Part shown: positions 37,408 through 50,000 of the stretch, in pieces | Numbering within the stretch: position 1 is the first letter of the stretch | How the letters are laid out: each line of letters begins with the position of its first letter | DNA from: Pristiophorus japonicus | Taxonomy: Eukaryota | DNA: 64,000 bases | NCBI RefSeq assembly: GCF_044704955.1 | Contig: NC_091978.1 | Span: 17,670,001-17,734,000 of the forward strand | Direction of reading: 5' to 3' | Made by a program: the position numbers and the translations under genes | The notes under the pieces: generated by a model | Database searches by the model: none | Told to the model about the DNA's origin: nothing | What the model saw: the letters and a program-made list of their open reading frames with translations, nothing else

Positions 37408-38090
37408 AGCAGCAACTCCCAAACCCACGACCACTATCACGAAGAGGGTCGAGGGCAGCAGACGCATGGGAACACCACCACCTCCATGTTCCCCTCCAAG
37501 TCACACACCATCCTGACTTGGAAATATATCGCCGTTCCTTCATTGTCGCTGGGTCAAAATCCTGGAACTCCCTCCCTAACAGCACTGTGGGAGCACCTTG
37601 ACCACACGGACTGCAGCAGTTCAAGGCGGCGGCTCATCACCACCTTCTCAAGGGCAATTAGGGATGGGCAATAAATGCCAGCCTGTTCTCGGCCTTTTGG
37701 CTAAGATCATGCGTAACTGACCTGACAGGGGAGTAGCCACCATGACCTCCGGGTGGTTCTCCCTGGATCAGGAAGGTATATGCTTGCTTTTTTGGAAACA
37801 GGAGGTGGGTGGGGTGGCTTGACCCATCCACCTCCACGGAGGTGTGTGGGGGACCTGACCCATCCACCTCCATGGCACGAACCTGGTATTGCAGTACTTC
37901 CAGGAACGGTGCAGTGGCTCTAGGCCTTTTGGCTAAGAGCATTGGCGCAGAGTGATCCTTGGCGTGTGCAAGGTGACCTCTGGCGTTTGTGATTTGACAA
38001 AGAATTGGAACGATTGGCTACGAATTTAAAAAAAAAAAAAAAAATGCCGGCCTGGCCGGTGATGCCCACATCCATGAACGAATAAAAAAC
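37408..38090 (+). mobile_element. LINE family B 3' end, interrupted in its tail by the snRNA-derived retroposon
   Basis: ccctccaagtcacacaccatcctgacttggaaatat..gggatgggcaataaatgcc|..|tggccggtgatgcccacatccatgaacgaataaaaaa. Confidence 0.85.
37686..38044 (+). mobile_element. Composite U2/U1 snRNA-derived retroposon (SINEU-like) with poly(A) tail and TSD
   Basis: 37686-37715 matches U2 nt 6-35 (28/30); 37716-37772 is U1 5'-like; ~37788-37913 is U2 Sm site/SLIII/SLIV (acctggtattgcagtacttccaggaacggtgca); 37917-37940 is a second U2 SLI-like hairpin; A17 tail; 13-bp TSD aaatgcc(a/g)gcctg. Confidence 0.88.
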
Positions 38091-38483
38091 CCAAATGATG
38101 AATTCCCAAACTGTAGCTGACTAGTTGAAAAATACATAATCATTCTGCTTTTTTCTGCTCATTCAGTTGGAGGGTGTCGGTACTGTTTGACGGGATTATT
38201 TTGTCGTTTCCACTCCAATTCACAATCAAAAAATCGAAGTCAAAAGGAAAAACTGCAAATGCTGAAATGAAATGGAAAGTTCTGGAAATACACAGCCATA
38301 AAAAGAGAAAGACAGGTTTATGCCTCAGATTGAGGAACTTTTTGTCAGAACTCTGATGAAGTATCTCAGACTGAAATACTAACATGTCTTTTTTCATTCC
38401 TTTTCTGATTGATGACCAGTTGTGTGGCTTCAGCACTTTCAGATTGTGGTACAGTGGGTCAGACACCAAATAAATATCTCTCT

Positions 38484-38775
38484 TCCATGTGGTGAAGGTA
38501 CTTCCACAGTGCTGTCAGGGAGGGAGTTCCAGGATTTAGACCCATTGATGATGAAGGAACGGTCTATATATTTCCAAGTCAGGATGGTGTGTGACACGGA
38601 GAGGAACTTGCAGGTGGTGGTGTTCCCATACACCTGCTGCCCTTGTCCTTCCAGGTGGTAGAGATCAGGGTTTGGGAGGTGCTGTCAAAGAAGCCTTGGC
38701 GAGTACACACTGCAGCCACGGAGCGCCGGTGATGCAGGGAGTGAATGCTTAAGGTGGTGGATGGGGTGCCGACCT
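38484..38775 (-). mobile_element. LINE family B 3' fragment
   Basis: ttccaagtcaggatggtgtgtgac etc., collinear with 43020-43320. Confidence 0.8.
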
Positions 38776-38821
38776 TGGAAATATTATCACGTAAGTGCTT
38801 AATGTGCTCCGCTACTTCAAA

Positions 38822-40510
38822 CCATAGAATCATACAGCACAGAAGGAGGTCATTCAGCCCATCATGCCTGTGCCGGTTCTTTGAAAGAGCTGTCTAATTA
38901 GTCTTAGACCCCTTGCCCTTTCCCCACAGACCTGCAATTTTTTTCCCCCTTAAGTATTTATCCAATTCCCTTTTGAAAGCTACTACTGAATCAGCTTCCA
39001 CCATTCTTTCAGGCAGTGCATTCCCGATCAGAACAACTCACTCCTCATCTCAGCTCTGGTTCTTTTGCCAATTACCTTAAACCTGTGTCCTCTGGATACC
39101 AACCATCCTGTCAGTGGAAACAGTTTCTCTTTATTTACTTTATCAAATTTTAGACAGATTAATGCCTCTGTTAAACTGGCTACAAGGCTGCTAAGCAGGC
39201 ATGCCATAACATTGCTGAGGGGACTGACAGGGTAGCTGCTGAGAGGTTGTTTCCCATGGCTAGAGAGTTTAGAACTAGGGGGCACACTCAGGATGAGGGG
39301 GTCGGCCATTTAAGACAGAGATGAGGAGGTATTTCTTCATTCAGAGGGTTGTGAATCTTTGTAAATCTCTGCCCAGAGAGCTGTGAATGCTCAGTCTCTA
39401 GGCTGAGATAGATAGACTTTTGGAGTCTAGGGGAATCAAGGGATATGAGGATCAGGCGGGAAAGGGGAATTGAAGTCGATGATCAGCCATGATCTCATTG
39501 AATGGCGGAGCAGGCTCGAAGGGCCCTATGGCCTACTCCTGATTCTTATGTTCTTATGTTCTTAGTAACTTGTAGCCTACTTGTGACAGACATAAGCAAA
39601 AGCTTTACATAAGAATGTCAGAAAATAAGAAATAGGAGCAGGAGTAGCCATACGGCCTCTCGAGCCTGCTCCGCCATTCAATAAGATCATGGCTGATCTA
39701 ATCTTGGCCTCAACTCCACTTCCCTGCCTGCTCCCTATTCCCCTTGACTCCCTTATCATTCAGAAATCTGTCTATCTCCACCTTAAATATATTCAAATGA
39801 CCCAGCATCCACAACTCTTTGGGGTAGAGAATTCCACAGACTCACGATCCTCAGAGAAGAAATTCCTCCTCATTTCCATTTTAAATGGGCGACCCCTTAT
39901 TCTGAAACTGTGGCCCCTAGTTCCAGATTGCCCCATGAGGGGAAACATCCTCTCAGCATCTACTCTGTCAAGCCCCGTCAGAATCTTATGCATTTCAATA
40001 AGATCACCTCTCATTCTTCTAAACTCCAATGAGTATAGGCAAACTTGCTCAACCTTTTTTCATAAGAATGTAAGAACATAAGAAATAGGAGCAGGAGTAG
40101 GCCATGTGGCCCCTCGAGCCTGCTCCACCATTCAATAAGATCATGGCTGATCTGATCATGGACTCAGCTCCACTTCCCCACCCGGTCCCCATAATCCCTT
40201 ATCCCCTTATCATTTAAGAAACTGTCTATCTCTTTCTTAAATTTATTTAATGTCCCAGCTTCCACTGCTCTCTGAGGCAGTGAATTCCACAGATTCATAA
40301 CCCTCTTGAGAGAAACATTTTCTCCTCATCTCAGTTCTAAATGGGCGGCCCCTTATTCTAAGATCATGCCCTCTAGTTGTAGTCTCCCCCATCAGTGGGG
40401 ACATTCTCTCTGCATCCAACTTGTCAAGCCCCCTCATAATCTTTCAATAAGATCACCTCTCATTTACGGCAACCCCTTTATCTCAGGAATCAACCTTGTG
40501 AACCTTCTTT
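38822..40510. mobile_element. Cluster of four CR1 3' fragments (38822-39150 -, 39205-39563 +, 39608-40060 -, 40060-40510 -)
   Basis: Each has the CR1 3' UTR and short-repeat tail; LEFRRMRGDLIE and TRGH motifs. Confidence 0.85.
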
Positions 40511-42223
40511 GCGCCTTGTTAGAAGATATTTCTATCTATTGTAACGAGTCCAGCATGCTGAGATTTTTAAAATTGGAAGCTGTGACCACTGTTTCTGAAA
40601 AGATGTCCTTTTGAGAGTCTGGCTAGAGCAAATATATAATAATTATTTTGATAGGTGAGCATGCTATAAACTGAGCCAGGGGTAACACCTTGCTAACCAA
40701 GTTGTAGATCCTTTGAATCATTGAAGTGCGATGAGAATTATACTTATAGGTTCCAGACACACAGATGTGAAATAAGACACGTTCATAGGTGTAGTTTTTA
40801 TTTCTAAAAGCTAAGCCATCAAAAAGAGGTTTTTGCATTACAAAAATCTAACTGGATGAATAATGCATCAGAATTAATAACTCCTGGGTAAGGGGAGGAT
40901 GATGCACATCACTCAGGAGATGTTTGCGTTCCATGTTAACGAGAAAATGATGGGTGTTCGTGCCTTACTAATCTGGAATTCAAACATCTCCTGCCACTGA
41001 AATATGGCAGGCTTTAGGCAGTAGCTTTAGCTTACTTGTTTCAAATACTTAGTTGAAGAAGAGAAGCAAGTATCCACAGAGTTAAGCATCCGTGTTACCG
41101 TCATCCAGTTTTAAGTGAAATAGCTGGATAGCACTTTTACGGCCAGCACAGACACGATGGTCCAAATCGCCTCCTTCTGTGCTGTAAATTTCTATAACTC
41201 TTTGATTCTATGAAAATAATTCCAAGTGCTGTTATTTTGGCTCTCAGAAATTAGTTTTAAACACCGGTAAAATCTGAGTGATTGACTAGACGTTGCTGAC
41301 TTTTCTTGCTTCGGTATAAATTTACTTCTTAAAATAAAGTTGTTTTTTGTAGCTTAGCCTAAAAACAATATGGTATGCTCAGAGTGATCGGGAGAGGTTG
41401 CAGTGGGCATCTTGTGCATCTTAACTTGAAAGAAGAGTAATCATTATTCCTGCCACGTTCCATACATCAGATTATAAATTTCAGTTCAGAGGGGAGTGGG
41501 GTCTGATGTTGGAAACTATCCTGTTACTACAAAAGTCAAATAATGAGCACTGGGTGAAGTCTGAATTTTTAACATTAATACCTTTTTAAACTCAAAGCAC
41601 CTCATCATTTGTGAAAGATGCTTTTTTGGAGAAAAAGAAACACTGTGCTTTCCATCAAACAGTACTTGTTCAAAAGCTGCAAGAGTTTCTCCCACCCTGA
41701 ATCAGTTATCTGTCAGTGCCGCAATCCGTAATGAAATGAAAGTACACTGTTCCTGTCAGAAGTGATCACTTCATTCTTGGCTAAAAAAAAATTTCCGCAG
41801 TGGGTTTATTGTTAACATTTCCACTTTTCAATCAGCTCCAGAACAGGCTAATTCATTTTGATGGTTTCAACAGATCTCAAGCAGAAAATGGTACCTTTGA
41901 GAAAAGGCTTATAGACATTGAATGAAATATCTTCATACTTTTACATTGCCTTCAAGGAACCGCTGTTCATGGCCAGATGAATGCGCAGTCAGTGAAGTGG
42001 TGACAATTAATTTTTTTAAATCTTGATATTCATACCGTGACTGTTCACATTATTGAAAATCGCTGAATTCACTTATTGAGGTAACAACGCGCGCCATCAA
42101 AATACCAACTTCATTGAAATTGCGTAGTAGACTGCTGGTGTAGAAACACATTAAATGCTTGTATAAAAGCTCCCATTTCAGTTAATTCTTTTCCTCTTGA
42201 TTTATCCCAGCACTCTCCAGGGT

Positions 42224-42653
42224 GTCAGCAGTTGGCGCAGTCAGCAGCACTCTGAGTCAGAAGGTTGTGGGTTCAAGTCCCATTCCAGGGACCTAAGGAC
42301 AAAATCCAGGCTGACACTCCCAGTGCAGTGCTGAGGGTGCCATCTTTCAGATGAGATGTTAAACACAAGGCCCCATCTGCTCGCTCAGGTGGATGTAAAA
42401 GATCCCACGGCACTATGTTGAAGGAAGAGGAGAGTTTTCCCCGGTATTCTGGCCAACATTAATCCCTCAACCACCACATAAAATCAGATTATTTGGTCAT
42501 TATCACACTACTGTTTGTGGGACAAATTGGCGGCTATTTCCTACATTACAACTGTGACTATACTTCAAAAATATTTCATTGGCTGTGAAGCACTTTGGGA
42601 TGTCCTGAGGTTGTAAAAGGTGTTGTATAAATGCAAGTTCTTTATTTTCTTTC
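42224..42653 (+). mobile_element. DeuSINE
   Basis: B box ggttcaagtcc, Deu-like core, family tail. Confidence 0.82.
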
Positions 42654-42937
42654 TCCTGAAAGTGCTAAGTATGAGAGATAAAGTGGGTTATGAAGTCTGT
42701 GACCTTCTTGGAAATTGGTGCTTCATCTCGAAGCAGAGTTTCAATGCAGCCTCGGGTAATGGGATGAACGCTTCAAATCTCCTGTGTGTTTGGGTCACAT
42801 GAAATAAAGCTTAGAGTAACCTTACCCCAGTTCGACTCTGGTATCTACCTGACAATGTGGGAAATTGCCCAGGTATGACATAGCCACATAAAAAGCAGGA
42901 CAAATCGAATCTGGCTAATTACAGACCCATCAGCCTT

Positions 42938-44875
42938 AATTTTTATTTGTTCATGAGATGACAGCCCCGCTGCCCTTGAGAAGATGGAGATGAGCGCCTT
43001 CTTGAATCGCTGCAGTCCGTGTGGTGAAGGTGCTGTTCGGGAGGAAGTTCCAGGATTTTGACCCAGCGAGGATAAAGGGACGAGGATATAATTCCAAGTC
43101 AGGATGGTGTGTGACTTAGGGGGGGAAACGTGAAGCGGTGGTGTTCCCATGCACCTGCTGCTTTTGTCCTTCTTGGTAGTAGAGGTCACGGGTTTGGGAG
43201 GTGCTGTAGAAAAAGCCTTGGTGAGTTGCTGCAGTGCATCTTACAGATGGTACACACTGCAGCCACAGAGCGCTGGTGGTGGAGGGAGTGAATGTTTAAG
43301 GTGGTGGATGGGGTACCGATCAAATGGGCTGCTTTGTCCTGGATGGTGTCGAGCTTCTTGAGTGTTTTTGGAGCTGCACTCATCCAGGCAATTGGAGAGT
43401 ATGCCATCATACTCCTGACCTGCGCCTTGTAGATAGTGGAAAGGCTTTGGGGAATCAGGTGGTGAGAAACTGACCACAGAATACCCAGCCTCTGACCTGC
43501 TCTTGTTGCCACAGTATTTATGTGGCTGGTCCAGTTAAGTTTCTGGTCAATGGTGACCCCCAGGATGTTGATGGTGAGGGATTCAGCGATGATAATGCCT
43601 TTGAATGTCATGGGGTGGTGGTTAGATTCTCACTTGTTGGAGATAGTCATTGCCTGGCACTTGTGTGGCACGAATGTTACTTGCCACCTATCAACCCAAG
43701 CCTGAATGTTGTTCAGGTCTTGCTGCATGCGGGCACGGACTGCTCCATTATCTGAGGAGTTGTGAATGGCACTGAATACTGTTCAGTCATCAGCGAACAT
43801 CCCCACTTCGGACCTTATGATGGAGGGAAGGTCATTGATGAAGCAGATGAAGATGGTTGGACCTAAGACACTGTCCTGAGGAACTCCTGGAGTGATGTCC
43901 TGGGGCTATGAAGATTGACCTCCAACAACCACAATTATCTTCCTTTGTGTTAGGTCTGCCTCCAGCCAGTGGAGAGTCTCCGCCCCCGATTCCCATTGAC
44001 TTCAGTTTTACTAGAGCTCCTTGGTCGAATGTTGTCTTGATGTCAAGTGCAGTCAATCTCACCTCACCTGTGGAATTCAGCTCTTTTGTCCTTGTTTGGA
44101 CCAAGGCTGTAATGAGGTTTGGAGCCAAGTGGTCCTGGCAGAACCCAAACTGGGCATCGGTGAGCAGGTTATTGGTGAGTAAGTGCCACTTGATAGCTCT
44201 GTTAATGACACCGTCCATCACTTTGCTGATGATTGAGAGTAGACTGATGGGGCGGTAATTGGCTGGATTGGATTTGTCCTTCTTTTTGTGGACAGGACAT
44301 ACCTGGGCAGTTTTCCACATTGTCAGACAGACGCCAGTGTTGTAGCTGTACTGGAACAGCTTGGCTAGAGGCACAGCTAGTTCTGGAGCACAAGTCTTCA
44401 GAACGGCAGCCAGGATGTTGTCAGGCCCCCTAGCCTTTGCTGTATCCAGTGCACTCAGCCTCTTCTTGATATCATGTGGAGTGAATCGAATTGGCTGAAG
44501 ACTGAATTCTGTGATTGTGGGGATGTCAGGAGGAGGCCGATATGAATCATCCACTCGGCACTTCTGGCTGAAGATGGTTGCAAACACATCAGCTTTGTCT
44601 TTTGCACTCACGTGCTGGGCTTCACCATCAGTGAGAATGGGGACATTCATGGAGCTTCCTCCTCCCATTAGTTGTTTAACTGTCCAACACCATTCATGAC
44701 TGGATGTGGCAGGACTGCAGAGCTTTAATCTGGTCCGTTGATTGTGGGATCGCTTAGCTCTGCCTATAGCATGCTGCTTCTGCTGTTTAGCATATATATA
44801 GTTCTGTGTTGCAGCTTTCCCAGGTTGGCACCTCATTTTTAGGTATGCCTGGTGCTGCTCTTCCACACTCCTCAC
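42938..44875 (-). mobile_element. CR1-group non-LTR retrotransposon (family B), ~1.9-kb 3' portion with RT
   Basis: KARGPDNI, WKTAQVCPVHKK.DKSNPANYRPISLLS, QFGF, TALDIK, LGVTIDQKLNW, YKAQVRS motifs; frameshifts. Confidence 0.92.
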
Positions 44876-45049
44876 CGTTCCTTCATCGTCACTGGGTCAA
44901 AAACCTGGAACTCCCGACCTAACAACACTGCAGCGGTTCAAGAACGCAGCTCACCTTCTCGAGGGCAATTAGGGAGCCTGCTCCACCATTCAATCAGATC
45001 ATGTCTGATCTTCTACCTCAAGTGAATACTTGCACTAACTTTTCATATT

Positions 45050-45445
45050 ACATAAGAACATAAGAAATAGGAGCAGGATTAGGCCATTCAGCCCCTCGAG
45101 CCTGTACCGCCATTCAATAAGATCTTCTGCCTCAACTCCACTTTCGTGCACTATCCCCATATCCCTTGATTCCCTTAGTCTAAAAATCTATCGACTTCAG
45201 TCTTGAAATACTTAACGACTGAGCATCCACAGCCCTATGGAGTAGAGAATTGCAAAGATTCACACCCCTGTGAGTGAAGACATTTCTCCTCGTCTCAGTC
45301 CTAAATGGCCGACCCCTCATTCCGAGACTGTGACTCCTGGTTCTAGACTCCCCAGTCGGGGGAAACATTATCCCTACATCTACCCTGACAAGCCCTCCAA
45401 GAATGTTGTACATTTCAGTGAGATCACCTCTCATTCTTCTGAACT
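45050..45445 (-). mobile_element. CR1 3' fragment
   Basis: MRGDLTEMYNIL..SRTRSHSL; CR1 tail. Confidence 0.88.
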
Positions 45446-46086
45446 CACAAGAGCTGAATGACAGTCAAGCTTGGGCTGATAAGTGGCTGATAGACTCAAT
45501 AAATGCAAGTCTGTCTTTTGTTCTTGATAGGTCTGATGGTCTTATCTTGTTCTTATTTTTGTATGTACATTGGTAAGATTGGAAAATGTGGTTCCGTGGG
45601 GTTTCGGGCATGTAAGCAATGTCATGCTCGTATCCCATTGTGTAACTTGAAGCTCATTATATTTAAATAAATTTCTCTGTGATCGATTGCCCTGCCCTCA
45701 CACCTGAAGAATGGTCACTTTGGGATAGGGTACGACAGGCAACCCAGCCATTGTCGAACTGTGTACCTCAGCACAGCAGTGGAAGAGGGAGTGAGAACAA
45801 AAGCACACAGCTCGACAACCGACAGAAGCACTTTTAGAACCGTTCATCAAACACCAGGAGACATTCATGAGCAGTACAGCTGTCATACATTTCCGAATAG
45901 CTATAATACATGTTATTTTCTATCACTGGCAGTTATTTAACACAAAAAATCTGTTTCTAATCCCATTTGTAACACTGCAATAAAAAAAAAATGTAATCAA
46001 CTCCAAGCCGAGACAATATCTCACCAAATATGAGATTCTTCCTTTTCTAATGATTTTTAAGCAAATACAATTAATTGGCTGTGTGT

Positions 46087-46945
46087 TAGCTTTGGCTCAG
46101 TGGGTAGCACTCTCGCCTGGGAGTCAGTTCATCCACTGCTGGAAACCTCATCCATGTCTTTGTTACCTCTAGGCTTGACTATTCCAACACGCTCCTGGCT
46201 GGCCTCCCACAATTCTACCCTACATAAACTCGAGGTGATCCAAAACTCGGCTGCGCATGTCCTGACTCGTACCAAGTACCGCTCACCCATCACACCTGTG
46301 CTCGCTGACCTACATTGGCTCCCGTTTAAGCAACGCCTCAATTTCAAAACTCTCATCCTTGTATCCAAATCCCTCTATGGCTTCGCTCAACCATTGGTGG
46401 CCGTGCCCTAAGCTCTGGAACTCCCTGCCTAAACCTCCCCGCCTTTCTACCTCTATTTCCTCCTTCAAGACGCTTCTTTGACCAAGCTCAATTTTTTTGT
46501 CTCATAATACTCCTGTGAAGCGCATTGGGATGTTTCACTACTTTAAAAGTTATTGTCACTGCTGTTGTGAGTTCATAGTCCCACTCCTGAGATTTGAGCA
46601 CAAAATGCAGGCCGACACTCTCAGTGCAGTGCTGAGGGAGTGCTGCACTGTCAGACGTAAACCGAGGTCCTGTCTGCCCTCTCAGATGAACTTAAAGGAT
46701 GCCATGGCACTGTTGTGAACAAGAGCACGGGTGTTATCCCTGGTGTCCTGACCAATATTTATTCTTCAATCGACATCACTAACATAGATTATCTGGTCAT
46801 TATCACGTTGTCTTGTGGGATCTTGCTGTGTGCAAATTGTCTGCCGCGTTTCCTACATCACAACAGTGACTACACTTCAAAAGTACTTCATTGGCTGCAA
46901 AGCGCTTCAGGTCATGAAAGACACGATATAAATGCAAATCTTTGT
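46087..46945 (+). mobile_element. DeuSINE split in its tRNA head by an L2 3' fragment (~46128-46568)
   Basis: Head tggctcagtgggtagcactctcgcc, then L2 IQNSAAHVLT..ITPVLADLHWLP, then the remainder of the SINE. Confidence 0.8.
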
Positions 46946-47036
46946 TTAAAAAGTCCTGGCCAAACTAGTCAAAGTTGCAAATGCCTTGACCAAATTAGGT
47001 AGTGTCAGTGCTGGTATCAATGATTGTAGTAATACA

Positions 47037-50000
47037 GGGTCCAAGTTTTCACACGATAAAAAACGGGCGCCCCTCCGAGCTGGGCGCCTGTTTTTCGCGC
47101 CTAAAACGGTGCCTAAAAAAAAAACTCGCAATTCTGGAGCGTTCTGCAGCTCCTTGTCTGCCTGGCGCGGCGCCCAGGGGGGCGGAGGCTAAACTCACGC
47201 CGATTTTGTAAGTGGGAGGGGGCGGGTACTATTTAAATTAGTTTTTTTTCCTGTCGGCAATGTTGCGCGTGCGCGTTGGAGTGTTCGCACATGCTCAGTG
47301 TGAAAAAAACATTGGCACTCGGCCATTTTTGTAGTTCTTTGTAGCTGTTTAATTTTTGAAAAATTTTAATAAAAGCACATTAGCACTTGCAGCCTTCTCA
47401 CTGTCTCCCCCCCCCCCCCCCCCGCGGGAACCAAGCGACTGTTTAATTCCCCCCCCCCCCCCCGCGGGAACCAAGCGACTGTTTAATTCCCCCCCCCCCC
47501 CCCGCGGGAACCAAGCGACTGTTTAATTCCCCCCCCCCCCCCCGCGGGAACCAAGCGACTGTTTAATTCCCCCCCCCCCCCCCGCGGGAACAAAGCGACT
47601 GTTTAATTCCCCCCCCCCCCCCGCGGGAACGAAGCGACTGTTTAATTCCCCCCCCCCCCTCCACAGGAACGAAGCGACTGTTTAATTCCCCCCCCCCCCC
47701 CCTCCACAGGAACGAAGCGACTGTTTAATTCCCCCCCCCCTCCACGGGAACGAAGCGACTGTTTAATTCCCCCCCCCCCCCCCACAGGAACGAAGCGACT
47801 GTTTAATTCCCCCCCCCCCCCCCACAGGAACGAAGCGACTGTTTAATTCCCCCCCCCCCCCCCACGGGAACGAAGCGACTGTTTAATTCCCCCCCCCCCC
47901 CCCACGGGAACGAAGCGACTGTTTAATTCCCCCCCCCCCCCCCACGGGAACGAAGCGACTGTTTAATTCCCCCCCCCCCCCCCCCACGGGAACGAAGCGA
48001 CTGTTTAATTCCCCCCCCCCCCCCCCACGGGAACGAAGCGACTGTTTAATTCCCCCCCCCCCCCCCACAGGAACGAAGCGACTGTTTAATTCCCCCCCCC
48101 CCCCCCACGGGAACGAAGCGACTGTTTAATTCCCCCCCCCCCCCCCACAGGAACGAAGCGACTGTTTAATTCCCCCCCCCCCCCCCACGGGAACGAAGCG
48201 ACTGTTTAATTCCCCCCCCCCCCCCACAGGAACGAAGCGACTGTTTAATTCCCCCCCCCCCCCACAGGAACGAAGCGACTGTTTAATTCCCCCCCCCCCC
48301 CCCCACAGGAACGAAGCGACTGTTTAATTCCCCCCCCCCCCCCCACAGGAACGAAGCGACTGTTTAATTCCCCCCCCCCACAGGAACGAAGCGACTGTTT
48401 AATTCCCCCCCCCCCCACAGGAACCAAGCGACTGTTTAATTCCCCCCCCCCCCCCACAGGAACGAAGCGACTGTTTAATTCCCCCCCCCCCCCCACAGGA
48501 ACGAAGCGACTGTTTAATTCCCCCCCCCCCCCCACAGGAACGAAGCGACTGTTTAATTCCCCCCCCCCCCCCCCCCACAGGAACGAAGCGACTGTTTAAT
48601 TCCCCCCCCCCCCCCACGGGAACGAAGCGACTGTTTAATTCCCCCCCCCCACAGGAACGAAGCGACTGTTTAATTCCCCCCCCCCCCCCCGCGGGAACCA
48701 AGCGACTGTTTAATTCCCCCCCCCCCCCCCGCGGGAACCAAGCGACTGTTTAATTCCCCCCCCCCCCCCCCGCGGGAACCAAGCGACTGTTTAATTCCCC
48801 CCCCCCCCCCCCGCGGGAACAAAGCGACTGTTTAATTCCCCCCCCCCCCCCACAGGAACGAAGCGACTGTTTAATTCCCCCCCCCCCCCCCGCGGGAACG
48901 AAGCGACTGTTTAATTCCCCCCCCCACGCGGGAACGAAGCGACTGTTTAATTCCCCCCCCCCCCTCCACAGGAACGAAGCGACTGTTTAATTCCCCCCCC
49001 CCCCCCCACAGGAACGAAGCGACTGTTTAATTCCCCCCCCCCCCCCCTCCACAGGAACGAAGCGACTGTTTAATTCCCCCCCCCCTCCACGGGAACGAAG
49101 CGACTGTTTAATTCCCCCCCCCCCCCACGGGAACGAAGCGACTGTTTAATTCCCCCCCCCCCCCCCACAGGAACGAAGCGACTGTTTAATTCCCCCCCCC
49201 CCCCCCACGGGAACGAAGCGACTGTTTAATTCCCCCCCCCCCCCCCACAGGAACGAAGCGACTGTTTAATTCCCCCCCCCCCCCCCACGGGAACGAAGCG
49301 ACTGTTTAATTCCCCCCCCCCCCCCCACAGGAACGAAGCGACTGTTTAATTCCCCCCCCCCCCCCACGGGAACGAAGCGACTGTTTAATTCCCCCCCCCC
49401 CCCCACAGGAACGAAGCGACTGTTTAATTCCCCCCCCCCCCCACAGGAACGAAGCGACTGTTTAATTCCCCCCCCCCCCCCACAGGAACGAAGCGACTGT
49501 TTAATTCCCCCCCCCCCCCCACAGGAACGAAGCGACTGTTTAATTCCCCCCCCCCCCCCCACAGGAACGAAGCGACTGTTTAATTCCCCCCCCCCCACAG
49601 GAACGAAGCGACTGTTTAATTCCCCCCCCCCCCCCCACAGGAACGAAGCGACTGTTTAATTCCCCCCCCCCCACAGGAACGAAGCGACTGTTTAATTCCC
49701 CCCCCCCCCACAGGAACCAAGCGACTGTTTAATTCCCCCCCCCCCTCCACAGGAACGAAGCGACTGTTTAATTCCCCCCCCCCCCCCACAGGAACGAAGC
49801 GACTGTTTAATTCCCCCCCCCCCCCCACAGGAACGAAGCGACTGTTTAATTCCCCCCCCCCCCCCCCCCACAGGAACGAAGCGACTGTTTAATTCCCCCC
49901 CCCCCCCACGGGAACGAAGCGACTGTTTAATTCCCCCCCCCCCCCACGGGAACGAAGCGACTGTTTAATTCCCCCCCCCCCCCCCCCCACAGGAACGAAG

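Noticed and set aside
37686-37913. Functional U2 or U1 snRNA gene
   Set aside because: The modules are partial and rearranged, U2 nt ~36-95 are missing, no snRNA promoter is evident (upstream is a LINE tail), and poly-A plus TSD indicate retroposition.
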